A stretch of 60,551 nt of DNA, filler included, from Catajapyx aquilonaris (lineage: Eukaryota): assembly GCA_000934665.2 (NCBI GenBank). It is 3 parts of 3 records of this genome, joined end to end, with 100 filler letters (N's around TTAATTAATTAA, not from the genome) between each part and the next. Parts side by side here need not be neighbours in the genome. Positions count along the whole stretch, not along the records: positions 20,212 to 40,402 come from KZ539518.1; positions 40,503 to 60,551 come from KZ539519.1; 1 more part is not named here. One strand, written 5' to 3'. How positions within the stretch are numbered: position 1 is the stretch's first letter; each line of letters opens with the position of its first letter. The position numbers and the translations under genes were made by a program. The notes under the pieces are model-generated. The model was not told the DNA's origin. It worked only from the letters and a program-made list of their open reading frames with translations, and did not search any database. Below, one piece after another: positions 39,953-52,266 of the stretch.

Positions 39953-40158
39953 TCACAGGGCTTACTTCACCGCTGCAATTCAGCAGCTGCTTCATATCTC
40001 TTCCAACAAGATAAATTCTACGATGTGTCATACGACACAGGGGACAAAAGCGTCCAATGTGGAAGAAAAGTGGACGGATTCAAGTTATGGCTCATGTGGA
40101 AAGCTCGAGGAGACAAAGGCATGGAGGCTGTAGTAGATAATGCTTTCGAATGTGCCAA
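31961..40158 (+). CDS. CSAD: PLP-dependent group II acidic amino acid decarboxylase (CSAD/GADL-like), 9 coding exons, 3' end cut off by the segment end
   Basis: Exons 31961-32018, 34219-34430, 34643-34827, 35097-35203, 35889-36004, 36223-36474, 38836-38900, 39487-39565, 39959-40158. All introns are GT-AG and phase-consistent (1274 nt). Motifs: [110 protein letters not shown]. Exon 1 is supported only by ATG, donor site and phase. The symbol is a family label; exact orthology is not established. Confidence 0.92.
36531..37485. mobile_element. TIR element in decarboxylase intron 6
   Basis: Left GGTTAAGTTGGGGTAAGTGCG, right CGCACTTACCCCAACTTACTCTA. The first 300 bp or so recur at 59113-59420. 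Confidence 0.65.
39872..39946. repeat. (AAT)n microsatellite about 12 nt upstream of the exon 9 acceptor
   Basis: Directly visible. Confidence 0.95.
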
Positions 40159-40306
40159 GTAAGTCTAACGCACGGTCTAACGCAACTCAAGTGCTTAACG
40201 TAACATAACTCACAGCATGTCAAGTGAAACCTGTATTGTATAGCCTACACTCCTACAGGATAGCGGGACTCTCTCATTCTCCATAAATAATCTTCTTTAT
40301 TTAGAA

Positions 40307-40402
40307 CTAGCAGGATACCCGGCGTTGCTCGGGGTATGAAAGACTTTTCCATGTAGGTGTAAGTACATGACACAGTACGTAGAGGAAAAGGTATGGCACT
40401 GG
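40307..40402 (-). mobile_element. Helitron-like 3' end running into the segment end
   Basis: Minus strand CCCG-AGCAACGC-CGGG hairpin then TATCCTG-CTAG|T. Confidence 0.55.
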
Positions 40403-40502
40403 NNNNNNNNNNNNNNNNNNNNNNNNNNNNNNNNNNNNNNNNNNNNTTAATTAATTAANNNNNNNNNNNNNNNNNNNNNNNNNNNNNNNNNNNNNNNNNN
40501 NN
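40403..40502. other. Artificial contig linker N44-TTAATTAATTAA-N44
   Basis: Identical in structure and length to 20112-20211. Confidence 0.95.
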
Positions 40503-40703
40503 CGCGAATGTCACGCTCTCCTTTCATACCATTTATTACAATGTTACAAATGAAGAAATTAATGGAGTAACAAAGAAAATAATATCTCATCAAACAACCT
40601 TTAATTAGCATTAACCAAAGCAATACTTATTCCGGGACTGTACTGTGAAGGTTAACATAGGCCCTATAGGCCTACATAATATTATGTACACATTTGTACA
40701 CGG

Positions 40704-41111
40704 CTACTGAAACATTTTTCTCAGTAATCTTTCAACAAACTGATCCAGAACATTGTTAAAATTTAATTTCCGGAGCACAGATGATTTTAAGTGCATTATT
40801 GCCAAATGGTTCAGCTTTTCATCTTTCAGAGCGATATGCAGGTAATTCTTAATACGTTTCAGAGCAGAAAAAGACCCCTCGCCAGAACAGTTTGTGACGA
40901 GATGTGACAAGTACATGCGTAATCACCCCCCGGAGATGCAGCCAAATACCCAAACTTTTACAAAGAGAGGGCCCGCCGCAGGCGAAATTTTTTGGGGGGT
41001 TCAAGTAACACTTTAAAAAAAAAAGTTGCACACTTGCATGGGTGATGGGCCCCTGCTTTTGGTGAGCCCCTAGGCTTCAGCCTATATAGCCTTGTGGATA
41101 ATGCGGCCCTG
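40704..41111 (-). mobile_element. Deleted hAT element retaining the transposase C-terminal dimerization domain
   Basis: ORF 40704-40916 reads VTNCSGEGSFSALKRIKNYLHIALKDEKLNHLAIMH, matching the hAT S.ERSFS.LKRIK.YLR motif. hAT-like terminus CAGGGCCGCATTATCC at 41111 on the minus strand. Confidence 0.8.
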
Positions 41112-41534
41112 CGTACCATGAATTACTTTTTCGGTGAAAATGTTGACGATGTTTGGGGGAAGCTGTCCATTCAGAATTCAAGAGATCAAGGTCAATGATT
41201 TTTATTGCAGGGCTGTATTTGTGAGGAGCAAAAATGCTGACATCTGTCAATTTTGTAGGCATAATATTTGTCTTTTTTAGTAGTTTGATAACCACCCCCC
41301 CCCCCCCCTCCCAAATGTGAGGAAATGAAGAAGCCACACAAAAACTGCACATTTTTCAGATTTAAAAAAAAATCATTGTCCTTTGCTATAAAGACTGCTG
41401 GCACACAGTAAACGCCACCCATCCAGATGTCAGTTGAATGCCAAATTAGTCACATCTAGTTATAATCCCAAGCCTCAAGTAATCAGTAGTTTCTGAGCTG
41501 AGAGAGATGTGATAGCATCCAGGCAGAATACTTT

Positions 41535-41536
<2 letters not shown>

Positions 41537-41593
<57 letters not shown>

Positions 41594-41865
41594 TCATACC
41601 CTGTTATCAGCCTATCGGCTCTTTAGGGGGAAATTTTGTTTTGCCTGGAACTCTTCGCTTTCATTTTACTGCGCTTTTTGGGATAGGATAGGGACAGAAG
41701 GAGCGGCTGTGGCCTATTAATTACGGAAGCAACTCCGGAATTTTCCTGGAAGGACCGTGGGAAACCACAGAAAACCACAGTCAGAGTTGCCGGCCCCGGG
41801 ATTCGAACCCAGGACCTCCCGATTAGCAGTCGGACGCCTTATCCACTATGCCAACCTGCTTCGGT
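41537..41865 (-). mobile_element. SINE family B, copy 2, full length with (ATT)n tail
   Basis: Head ACCGAAGCAGGTTGGCATAGTGGATAAG...GGTTCGAATCCC. TSD GAATACTT at 41526-41533 and 41866-41873. Confidence 0.85.
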
Positions 41866-41986
41866 GAATACTTGTTAATGTCCACATACTGTGACTTTTG
41901 TCTCTTACAGCGATATGTAGGTCAGTATTTCCTGATTTAGGTGCAAAATGCAAATTGATGCTATAGACATGTTCAGAGATACACAC

Positions 41987-44900
41987 CTTTTCATACTTGA
42001 TCTGCAACAGCTGGAATTCAAGCTTCCAATGCTCTTTGGCTTGCTCCAGTTTGTTCACCTTCTCTTGACTGGTGGCAAGCTGCTTGGACAGACTCTCACT
42101 ATTATCAGTGCTGTTCAGGAGGGTATCCCGGTTTACCAGAGCCTCTTCATATGGCACAGATGGACTTGGTTCCTAGTACACACAAAGAATTATCATTGTG
42201 GAACTTTCGCATTATTTGACTCTTCTAAGTTCTGCAGCAAGGATTGCATACAAGTACAGGAATACGAAATGTGTCTATTACAATGCAGTAACTCTATTCT
42301 AAAGTCACGAGTGTGTTTAAGCATTCCATTTATAATAATCATTCATTCACAAGGCACCGTGTACAATATACTAAATAGTACCCCAAAACAAAAACAGAAT
42401 TCATGTGGGTAAGCCAAATTTTCATTGTCTAATGTACTATATCGCTCAAAAAGATGGGAGACGATTTTGCATTGAAACCAAATGCAAAAATGTCTCCATC
42501 ATTTTGAGCAATATAGTACCTGAAGCATTTTCATAGTTCTACAATAAAATAGAAAATAAAATTTATTCAACCTTATTATCACTAATCACCAACCTGGTCA
42601 AGGAGACTGAGGTAATTGGCAGCCCTCCTCTTGAATCCAGAAACAGACGGATGCACTTGAGATTCCCAGCAAGTCTTATCCCAATCAGTGCTTCTCCGTG
42701 CACCTCCGATGGACCTGCATAGCTCCTCTATATTATTTTTCAATATTCCTGAAATCTGGTCATTAAATAATGAGTTATGTGTGCAACATTTTCGGAAATT
42801 GTCTCATTGATCTCCCTAAAATATTGAATGAGCCTCCATTGTTTTAAACAGTTGTGATACTTACAAAATACTCAGCATTTAGGAAATTTTCACATTGCTT
42901 TGCTTGTCTTTACTACAGTAAGCTCTTATTTGGCTCAAAAAGTAACTCCTGCTCTAAACACTATTCAGGAAATGAAAAGCAAGAAGGATGTAGCCTTGGC
43001 AAATGGCAAGCTTCAATGGAAAGCACATGAGTTTCTTGACCTGTTGCCATATTGGCAGGGTTCAAAGGTTGTGACAATGTGGCGGGAGACCACACAGGTA
43101 TGGGTCAGACTTACGGTGTCAGTTGGGGGAAGAGGGAACTGTTTTCCCACATTACATTAGAAGGGGAGGGAGAACCTCCTTCAATAGCAGTCCAAATGCA
43201 ACTGGCTCAATTCAGCAGAAACACATGCACAATATAAAAAGCGCCATTTCAAGGGAGGGAGGAGCTAATCAACATATGAAGCCATGCCCTTCTTGCTTTT
43301 CATGAATGACCATTAACACTATGTTTCCCACTGGATTCTGCACTTTTTGGGTGGGGGTTTGAATGTAGCGCCAGAAAGAAAATAACCGCATCTGGCACCA
43401 TTGGTTTCGCACTCTATTCATGCACAAGAGGTGGGTGAACCATGCAAGACATACAAACTTACATTGCCGAGAGGGAGAGAGAGAGAGAGAGAGAGAGAGG
43501 GCATCTACTGCCTTATATGCATACACTTGGCCGTGACTCACTCTATTAGCAACTCTCTTTTCGTTTTGCTTTTTAGGTGGCTTCCACCCCTCAGAATCAC
43601 CCAAGATAATTCTACATGATTGCCCACACTCTGTTGTGAATTATGAAAACATTCAGTGTCTGATTAAAATTATTTAAAGGTCTGGTTTAAAAGGAGGTAC
43701 CGTGAGCCACCAGGTACTACGAGGGCCTTTCAATAAAGAATGAACATGATTTTTTAAATGAGAATGCATAGGAAGTAGTATCATGATGGTGATATATTCA
43801 GGTACTCCTGTCGAAGATGGATGTGCATGTTTATGCGCAAAAGTCTACTGCGTATCATGTGGGTGTGGTGGCAGCATAATCACCACCACTCCTGAAATCA
43901 CCTCCCTAGTCATGGGATCAACATGTGTGGAGCAGTACATCGTGCTGAAATTCTGCTTTTGCCTCAAGAAGACAGCCAGCGAGTCCTACTCCATGCTGAC
44001 ATAGGCATATGGAGAAGATATGTTCAAGGAGGGTCCCTAATCCACCAGCAAACAGGGTACTGCGGGAGCTCCTGCCTGAGTTGTGACGGAGGTGGCCATC
44101 AACACGGCCTTAGTCATCGTGTGAGGGGATCACTGTGTAACTTTGACTGTCCTTTCTGATTTGTTACAAGTATCTGTGGGTGATATGCACATAATTATGC
44201 ATGACCACCGGCACATGAGGCGTGTATCAGCTGGGGTAGGATCTCCCGAAGCACCCTGTTTGCAGGTGGATTCGGAACTCTCCTTGAACATCTTAGACCA
44301 ACGCAGTGCTGTACTGTCGGGCAGATCTTCTCTATACTCCAAAGTCAGCGTGGAGCAGACTCACTGGCTGTCTTCTTGAGGCGAAAGCAGAATATTAGAG
44401 CTGTGTATCATTTTTAAAATCCTGATCATTCTTTATTGAAAGGGCCTCGTAAAAAGAGGTGGCTCAGGTGGCACAAGGCCACCACCTGGCAGCTTGGTGG
44501 AGCCAGCCTGACCAATCAGAAGCGAGGCCACTTCCCACCACTGCAATGGCAGCAGGGGAGTTGGCATATCCTTGAGCAGGTCTTTGTGATTTTCTCCCCT
44601 CATGAAAAGTAAGTCGCAGAATTTCAGGAGAATTTTTATGGTTTTCTGCTGCACTTCCACTCACCGGGAAAATGTAGCAGGGAGCTATGTCTATTTAAAT
44701 TCGTGAAGTAAATGTTCGTTTACAATGAACGAGACCTCTGATCTATGTCATCATGCCATTAAAAATATCACATGGTGGCGTAAATACCGATGAATGTATA
44801 AACTACAAACATTTCCTAAGGCGATGGTGAAAGAAATTTTCGTTGGGGTTACACCAATAAATTTAAAATATATATTATATAACGTGGTACTATAATACCA

Positions 44901-47900
44901 CGAACATGGCCATGGGTAACATAGGGTTAATAAGATCACTTAACTTGTAATGCATATCAATTAAAGGCCAAACAAACCACTTGTGCTGTCCTAATAAGAG
45001 TGGTACTAACCTTCCCAATGGCTGTAGCAAGAGAAACAAGTGAAGACACAATACAGGCATTGGTTGGGCTTATCCTGTCTGCAATGTTGGGCATCTCCTG
45101 CTCTATGGCAGACTTGCTACTGTAAACCTTGGACAGGCCTGCAATGGCATTTTTGCACAATAAATATTTATAGGAGATACGAGGAAATATTTTAATATGT
45201 AATGTAATACCTTTGGCAGAATCATGCAAATCAATGAGAGTAAGTGAGATTTCCTTTATGAATCGCCTCTGGCAACAGGTAGAATTCTGGCTGGATCGTT
45301 TACCTGCTAAGTACAAACAGTGAGTGTCAAGCATATGGCCTTTTAATTTGCTTTGCACTTACTTTGACTGGATATGATTGCCACATAGTTTGCTAATTTC
45401 CCAAAGATGCTCACAAACTGTTCAAGAGATTGAGAAAGTGAATTGTTCTTCTCTTCTAGCAACTTCCCGCAGCTTGCTAATGAACTTTCCTCCTGTAAAC
45501 TACAGGCTAAATTTAGAATGACATTCTAGAGAAATAACCAATCTGCTATGATTTTACATACTGCAAGATGTGATATGGGAGCAGTTTTTGCAGAAAGGAA
45601 TTGTATGTGCTAAACTGCTCACTAAAACCTTGTATTCCAGCTACTGTTTCTAAAGACAGGATAACACTTCCTTCGATGCTCTCTTGGAATGAGTTGTAGG
45701 ATCGTTCTACTGCACGTAAAATCTTTGCATTTTCATGTAGACAAGCTGAAAACTGCGTGGCCATGAAATGTTCAACATTAGTATATAGTCTCTTAAAAAA
45801 CAACAGAGCACAGTTTTGTCTAAATACACATTTTCTCACCCTTATAGTAACTGGACTCATTTTCTTTGAATCACTCTCAGGGTACATCTGAATCCTTTGC
45901 TCTAAGTAGGTGTGGAAATTAGAAAGTGATACTGCAAGTTCCTGTACACAAGATCCTACTTCCCTAATAACTTCTTTTGCCTTCAGTTGGTGTTTCTGAT
46001 CATGTAAGGGAATGTTCAGAGTGTTCAAGGAGATCCGTCCTGAAAAATTACAATCCAATTAATATCACCGAAATAAGAGGCGTTGCTGTTTCAGTCTGAG
46101 AAAAATATCCACTGTCACTTTCCTCCTGCATCCCATTCCTCCCCACTCTCGCCTACATTTATCAGGGAAATTGAACAGCACATGGTTCATTTCACAGTTG
46201 TAAGTCTCACACTACCTTCACCATTTGTTTCATTTTTCCTACACTACAAAAAAAAAATCAGGTAACTCAAGTGAAGGAGGAAATTTCCCCTGTTGTCATT
46301 TTCTGTATACAACACCACCCCACCTACAGGGTATCCCACTATTTACTTCGCACGGCATTTCTTTACTAATAATTTTAACATGAATGAAGATATTGCAACG
46401 AAATTTGAACTGAACTAACCTTATTATGTGACAAAGGAATGGCATCACAATATGCACTGGAAATGACCACAATATGCGTCCAGGCAGGGATGAACACGAC
46501 GCTCCATATTTTGGAAGGTTCTGGCCAGCATGTCCCAGGCACTGCCTGAATTTCTTGGATGATGTACAGGGTGGTTGAAAAAGAATGCCCCGATTCTAAA
46601 ACCCTATAACTCGAAAACTTGTAGATATATCTCTATGATTTAAGTTTTGAAATGCAAAGAAAGGTCTAAAGTTTTGGTCTTAGCATAGTTTATTTCAATA
46701 TGAGCGCCATTTGTCGCTCGGAAAATGTAAATACGGTAATCGGTGTCGAGCCTATTATAACCCAATCAGACATGTCTGGAGTCACCATAGTGATCCTATC
46801 CCAGAGGTGCTGGAGATGCCGGATCTTTTCACCATATATATATATATATCTCCACAAAAAAAGTCAATCAGGGTAAGATCTTGGCTTCTGGAGGGGATAG
46901 GGCGTTGGGCATTGGAAAACTTCTCATTCAAGACGTTGCACACTGGGAGGCTGAACAAATGAAACTTTTCTGCAGCAGGCTTGTTTCATAGATGAGGCGA
47001 TTTTTTATTTGAATCATCAAGAACAATGTGTGTGATGTAAAGATCTGGGATATCCAGCAACTACGGGATAGGATCACAACGGTAGCTCCTGATATGATTG
47101 ATCGGGTTTGGCACAAGACCAAATACAGTCTTTTTTATCTGCCAAGTGACGAATGAAGCTCATATCAAAACAAATTAAGGTGAGATCAAATCTTCAGACC
47201 TTTCTGAGCCTTTTAAACCTCAAATCATTAATATACACCATGTTAATGAAATAAGTGCATGTTTTTTGAGGAATGATAGAGGGAACGGAGACATACGTAT
47301 ATGTTTCACCTAGGGACCGTGTCCGGAAATGCCATCTCAAGGGGGTTAATAGACATGGAACGGGTGTGCTCAGACGCGTCACGCAGGGGGCGCTAGGTGA
47401 GTGAACTGTGTAGTTGCTAGATGGTGTGCAGATTGTGAACAACAGCATGATTCGCCATAACCTGGCAACAACGAGCCACCTAGCAATTAAAGCTCACTTG
47501 CTAGGTAGCGCACAGATAGTCGTTGCCAGGTTATTCCGAATCGTACCGTTGTTTACTATCCACGCACCATCTAGCAACTAAACAGTCAGCTCGCCTACGC
47601 CTCCAGCCCGACGCATCTGACCGCACCCGTTCCGCGTCCATTAACCCCCTCTAAATGGTGTTTCTGGACACGGATTCCTAAGTGAAAAATATTTGTCTCG
47701 GTCCTCTCTATCATCCCTCAAAAAACAAGCACTTATTTCATTAACACGGTGTATGTCTACAAGTTTTCAAGTTATAGGGTTTTAGAATCAGGACATGCTT
47801 TTTCGACTACCCTGTATTCTTTCAAGGCATTGATGGGTCGTGGTTTGTTTCGGTACACATGACACACATGACACACCATCATGGCCGAAATTCAGTCCTT

Positions 47901-49876
47901 TTTTTGGCGACAGATTCATTTTGAAGGGACTTTGGCCACTGTGTTCGCCAGATCTTATGCCGCCTGATTACATCTTATGGGGCTATCTGAAAGTGTGTAT
48001 GTACCAAAACAAACTACAACACATCAACGCTTTGAAAGAAAATATCATTCAAGAAATTCAGCCAGTGCCTAGAACATGCTGGCCAGGACCTTCCAAAATA
48101 TGGAGCGTCATGTTCAGGCATGCCTGGACACAAATGGTGGCCATTTCCAGCGCATGCTGTGATACCATTTCTTTTCTCACATAATAAGGTTAGTTCAGTT
48201 CAAATTTCGTTGCAATATCTTCCTTCCCGTTCAAGTTATGAAAGAAATGTCATGTAAAGTAAGTAGTGGGGCACCCTGTATCACAGCATGCTTGTATGGG
48301 GCTGCTATCTGAAAAATAATCCTAAGCACATTGTTGTCAACTTTTTTACATACAAGAACATTCACATACTGGTATCCACAAAGGGAAGCTTCTCCTCAAT
48401 GATGGTAGACGCTGTTACTAGCTTGGCCTTCATTGATTCTTCCATTTTGCATAACTCATCTTGAAGGCTGTCCACTTTCCCCTTGACCTGACTCAGCTCT
48501 TCAGCACTCTTCTGTGCTGCAAACTCCAATGAGACTTTGTCTAATTGCAATTTGTCTATTATCTCCTGCAGAGAAAACAGGTGTTAATGATTGTTAATTC
48601 TTCCACAATCAAACATTATAAACAGTACTTTAGCTTGCTCATCATTTGATCCTAGTTTTTGCTCATGCTTTTCTAGCTGACGCCTCGTGTCATCCAATTC
48701 ACCTACAAGGTCATTCACACGACTTTCATAAGAGCGCTCTGATTCTTGGAGCTGTAATAATATATGCTTAGTTACAAAATGAAGTACACTGAGAAGGAAA
48801 CATGATGTGTGTTACCAATGTGTGTAGGCGGGCATTTTCAGCTATTTTGCTCTGCAATTCCTCATTGAAAATGTGAGCTGTGGATGTATTTGTGTGTGCA
48901 TCTGGATGCTTTGGCTTTCCTTTTTTGGGTTTGGCCTGTCAAGAGGATTTGGAACATGTAATGGCATTATTTCCTTATATAGCAGAAGGTCTACCTGTAG
49001 AACATCCAGTTCATCCTGCAGAACTGAGACTCGCCTTTCCAACTGCTGGTTCCTAAAGTTCACACTCTCCATTTCTTGTTCAATCTTGCGGAGGCTCAAG
49101 TCCTTATCCTTTACTACATTCTAAGGGGTAATTATTCATTAGAATCTTTTTATTTTGTAAGTTGCCATTTGTCTCTAAAACTTGTGAGCTTACTGTGAGT
49201 TCTGATGATTTTGCCTGTTCATCCAACACAGCCTTCTTTAGTACAGGAATTTGAGCTCGAAGCTGAAATGGATTCTCACTTGTAGAAATATGCTTAGAAA
49301 GAACAGTACAAATCCTTTGTAGTCTACAGTAGCTCACATGAACCTAGATATTAGTACATCATAACTCACTTGGCAATCTTAGTTACAATTATTATCATTA
49401 TCATTATTAGGCCTATTATTATTGTGATTATTATTACACTGTATTTCCGATTTTCCGGGCTAATGACTGCACGGGTGTTGCCGGATAATCGGAAAACAAG
49501 GATAATCGGGAAATTGTCCTAAACATCGTAAAAAATGAGCTACTCACAAGTTATTAATGTGCTACTGTACAAAGTGTACGCTGCTTGGTTGAATCAAAAC
49601 AATAAAACTTACCATAGATTTTTACTGTCTTCAAGAAAAAGTCTGTTATATTTCTTACATCGGCAAGACATATTGACAGTGGGTAGAATTTTCGTCCCAC
49701 TGCTATTTACTGCTAATGTAGCAATACCGGTGTTGGCACTGGTACTGCTAAGTTAGCAGTATCTAGCAGTGGGATTAAAATGTGCCAAATTTTTTCGGAC
49801 TTTTAATTTGAAAGTTTATTTTTTGGTGATACACGGATAATCTGCAGCCAGATAATCGAGAGTCCAGTGTAGTATT

Positions 49877-49914
<38 letters not shown>

Positions 49915-52266
49915 CCTAGGTAGTGCTTTCACCCCCGCACCATGTACTCTGAAGATAAAAATAAGATATTTCACAAATAATAACCACTATTCTTACATGT
50001 CCATACTCTACGCTATGTATGTGTTTGGAACTATTTTCATCATCTAGAAGTCCCTAAATTAATTTGCATATCCATACAGATCGCTGCAGAGTACAGCTAT
50101 AATTCCATCGCCTAGATTTTGGCTTGCACGTACTCTGAAGATAATTACAAGATATTGTACAAATAATAACAGCTATACTTAGACATTCATGGAAAATATT
50201 ATGAATGTGTTTGGAACCATTTTCCACCTCTAGAAGTTCCTAAATTAATTTGCAAAAAGAACGCTGTATAAAACTCGAAATTTGAGAACTGCTGGCCAAC
50301 GGTTAGGCTGATTTAATTATGAAATACATTAAATATAATGAATATCAACATTGACAACCATGCCACACTAAGTTGCTGAAATCATCATACTTCATGAGCT
50401 CATTTGGGAGTTTTCCAAAGTAACAGGAAAGCTGCAGATAAGAACTAATTTATTTCTCGCAAAGCATGACGATTTCAGCAGATTCGTCTGCCACTGTTCT
50501 CAAGGTTGTTATTCCGTATATTTGAACGTACAGTAAAACTTCTATAAGTGGAACTTCCCCAAGTCGAAGTTCTCTATTAGTCGAAGAAAATTATGAGCTT
50601 GGTTGGTCGCAATGTAAAATAATAGGAAATAAACTTCCCTAACTCGAATTTCTATAACTCGAAGTTCTCCACAACTCGAAGTGCAAGCAGGGCCTTACGA
50701 TGGGATATCAATGCATTTTCAGTCTCCCTAAGTCGAAGTTCATGTTGGCAAGTACGGAAAATGTTCTCATTTCCCAGCCGAAGGGTCCAGAGTAGGTCAC
50801 ATGTACAGAAAAGCTCAATTTCCTGATCTCCATCTACCAGATGTACCAAAAGAAGTGTTTGACTCGATTGTGACAATTGAATCCTTGAATCTAGGAGTAG
50901 GCAAATGTCCATAGCAGAGATTTTTTTACATCAAAACAACGAGGAACATTGTAAGTGTGATAGTGACAGTTATTTTTAAGTTTTGAACACCTTTCCTCGC
51001 TGGATATACAGATAGGCTTCCTCATAAAGTTATGTGCTTTAAAAAAATCCAAACTTCTCTAACTCGAATCTTCTATAACTCTTTTCCGGTCCCATGGAGA
51101 TTCGACTTATAGAAGTTTTACTGTATTTCATATTAAATCAGCCAAGTAGTTGGCTGCCAGTACTCACATTTGGAGTTTTACAGCGATCTTTTGGGAAATT
51201 AATTTAGGGACTCCTAGATGAGGAAAATTGTTACAATCCCATTAATAGTATTTGCCTCGAACGTCTAAGTACCTATAGCTGTTATTTTGTGTAAAATATC
51301 TTGTCCATATCTTCAGAGTAAGCGTAAGTGAAAAACTAGGCGGCTGCGAGTAGATCCGGTAGTGAAGGCATTAACCCCTTGGCTACCAGATCTAGGCCCA
51401 GAGATTCGTTTCTGTTCAACTTGCACTTACTCTGAAGATACGGACAAGATATTTTACAAATAACAACAGCTATACTTACACATTCACGCTGTACACTATG
51501 ATTATGTTTGGAACAATTTTGCACTTCTGGAAGTCGCAAAATTAATTACCAAAAAGATGGCCATAACAACTCGAAATTAAATTACTACCGGCCGACTGTC
51601 ATGCGGATTTAATTATGAAATACATTTAAATATGCGGAATAACAACCTTGAAAATCATGCTATGACGAATATGCCGAAATCGCCATACTTCGCGAGAATT
51701 AAATTAATACTTACTGCGGCTTGCCTCCCACTTTGGAAGACTCCAAAATTGATTTCATTCTCGCAAAGTATGATAGTTTTAGCAGATTCATCAGAGATTC
51801 ATCATAGCAAGATTCTCAAAGTTGTTATTCCATATACTTATATACTTTAACGTATTTCATAATTAAATCCGCATGACAGTCGGCCGGTAGTAATTTAATT
51901 TCGAGTTGTTCCGGCGATCTTTTTGGAAATTAATTTTGCAACTTCTAGAAGCGGAAAATTGTTCCAAACATATTCATAGTGTACAGCATGAATGTGTCAG
52001 TATTGCTGTTATTATTTGTAAAATATCTTGTTCGTATCTTCAGAGTATGTTCCAGTTGAACAGAAACTAATCGCACCGCCTAGATCTGGTAGCCAAGGGG
52101 TTAATAAGGATACTCCCCATGACACAGACACCACAAATAGTTGGCATTACCTTTCAGAATTAGGCATACCCATAATTTCAAGACTCACTTTTGAGTATTC
52201 AGATGCGAGTTTGTGATACTTGGTTTGGAAATCCTGGGGAAGGGATGATCCACTGCTATCCATCAT
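41987..52266 (-). CDS. PPP1R21: Protein phosphatase 1 regulatory subunit 21 (KLRAQ1/CCDC128), 13 coding exons, 3' end cut off by the segment end
   Basis: Exons 52266-52189, 49262-49194, 49120-48995, 48935-48816, 48751-48629, 48565-48370, 46039-45840, 45752-45562, 45499-45363, 45303-45211, 45138-45011, 42755-42594, 42172-41987. GT-AG introns, phase-consistent, 1809 nt. Diagnostic motifs: KYHKLASEYSK-LRAQIPVLKKAVLDEQ, LRKIEQEMESVNFRNQQLERRV, KLPFVDT, LSNFHTYLEQR, SVPYEEAL, LEQAKEHWKLEFQL. Confidence 0.93.
43720..44449. mobile_element. Mariner-derived fold-back element
   Basis: TA|CGAGGGCCTTTCAATAAAGAATGA ... TCATTCTTTATTGAAAGGGCCTCG|TA. The mariner N-terminal remnant EQYIVLKFCFCLKKTASESYSML is at about 43930-44000, with an inverted homologue at about 44340-44395. 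Confidence 0.85.
46567..47814. mobile_element. Family F1 fold-back MITE, copy 3 (middle layer)
   Basis: TA|CAGGGTGGTTGAAAAAG ... CTTTTTCGACTACCCTG|TA. Collinear with 29207-29919. Confidence 0.85.
47236..47751. mobile_element. Palindromic TA-flanked MITE (inner layer)
   Basis: TA|CACCATGTTAATGAAATAAGTGC ... GCACTTATTTCATTAACACGGTG|TA. The arms pair almost to the centre at about 47490. Confidence 0.88.
49437..49869. mobile_element. pogo/Tigger-like MITE
   Basis: TA|CACTGTATTTCCGATTTTCCGG ... CCAGATAATCGAGAGTCCAGTG|TA. Repeated GGATAATCGG motifs. Confidence 0.6.
49940..51330. mobile_element. Older relative of the piggyBac-like fold-back family, interrupted
   Basis: TACTCTGAAGAT..CAAGATATT..CAAATAATAAC blocks at about 49945 and 50131, inverted near 51300. 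The blocks are shared with 51375-52100, and a further fragment lies at about 18900-19060. Confidence 0.6.
50531..51123. mobile_element. pogo/Tigger-like MITE
   Basis: TA|CAGTAAAACTTCTATAAGT ... ACTTATAGAAGTTTTACTG|TA. Internal TAACTCGAA/AAGTCGAA repeats. Confidence 0.85.
51375..52100. mobile_element. piggyBac-type fold-back element (726 bp, arms about 250 bp)
   Basis: TTAA|CCCCTTGGCTACCAGATCTAGG ... CCTAGATCTGGTAGCCAAGGGG|TTAA. Confidence 0.9.

Larger units (their letters stand above)
46327..48278. mobile_element. Tc1/mariner-type fold-back element, family F2; outer layer of a three-level nest
   Basis: TA|CAGGGTATCCCACTA ... TAGTGGGGCACCCTG|TA. Right arm encodes WPLCSPDLMPPDYILWGYLKVCMY...LKENIIQEI. 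The left arm is an inverted copy of the same 3' region. Confidence 0.85.

Noticed and set aside
31961..52266. Convergent CSAD-like/PPP1R21 gene pair, or truncated pseudogenes
   Set aside because: An artificial linker separates them. The missing 3' exons are explained by segment ends, and the visible exons are intact.
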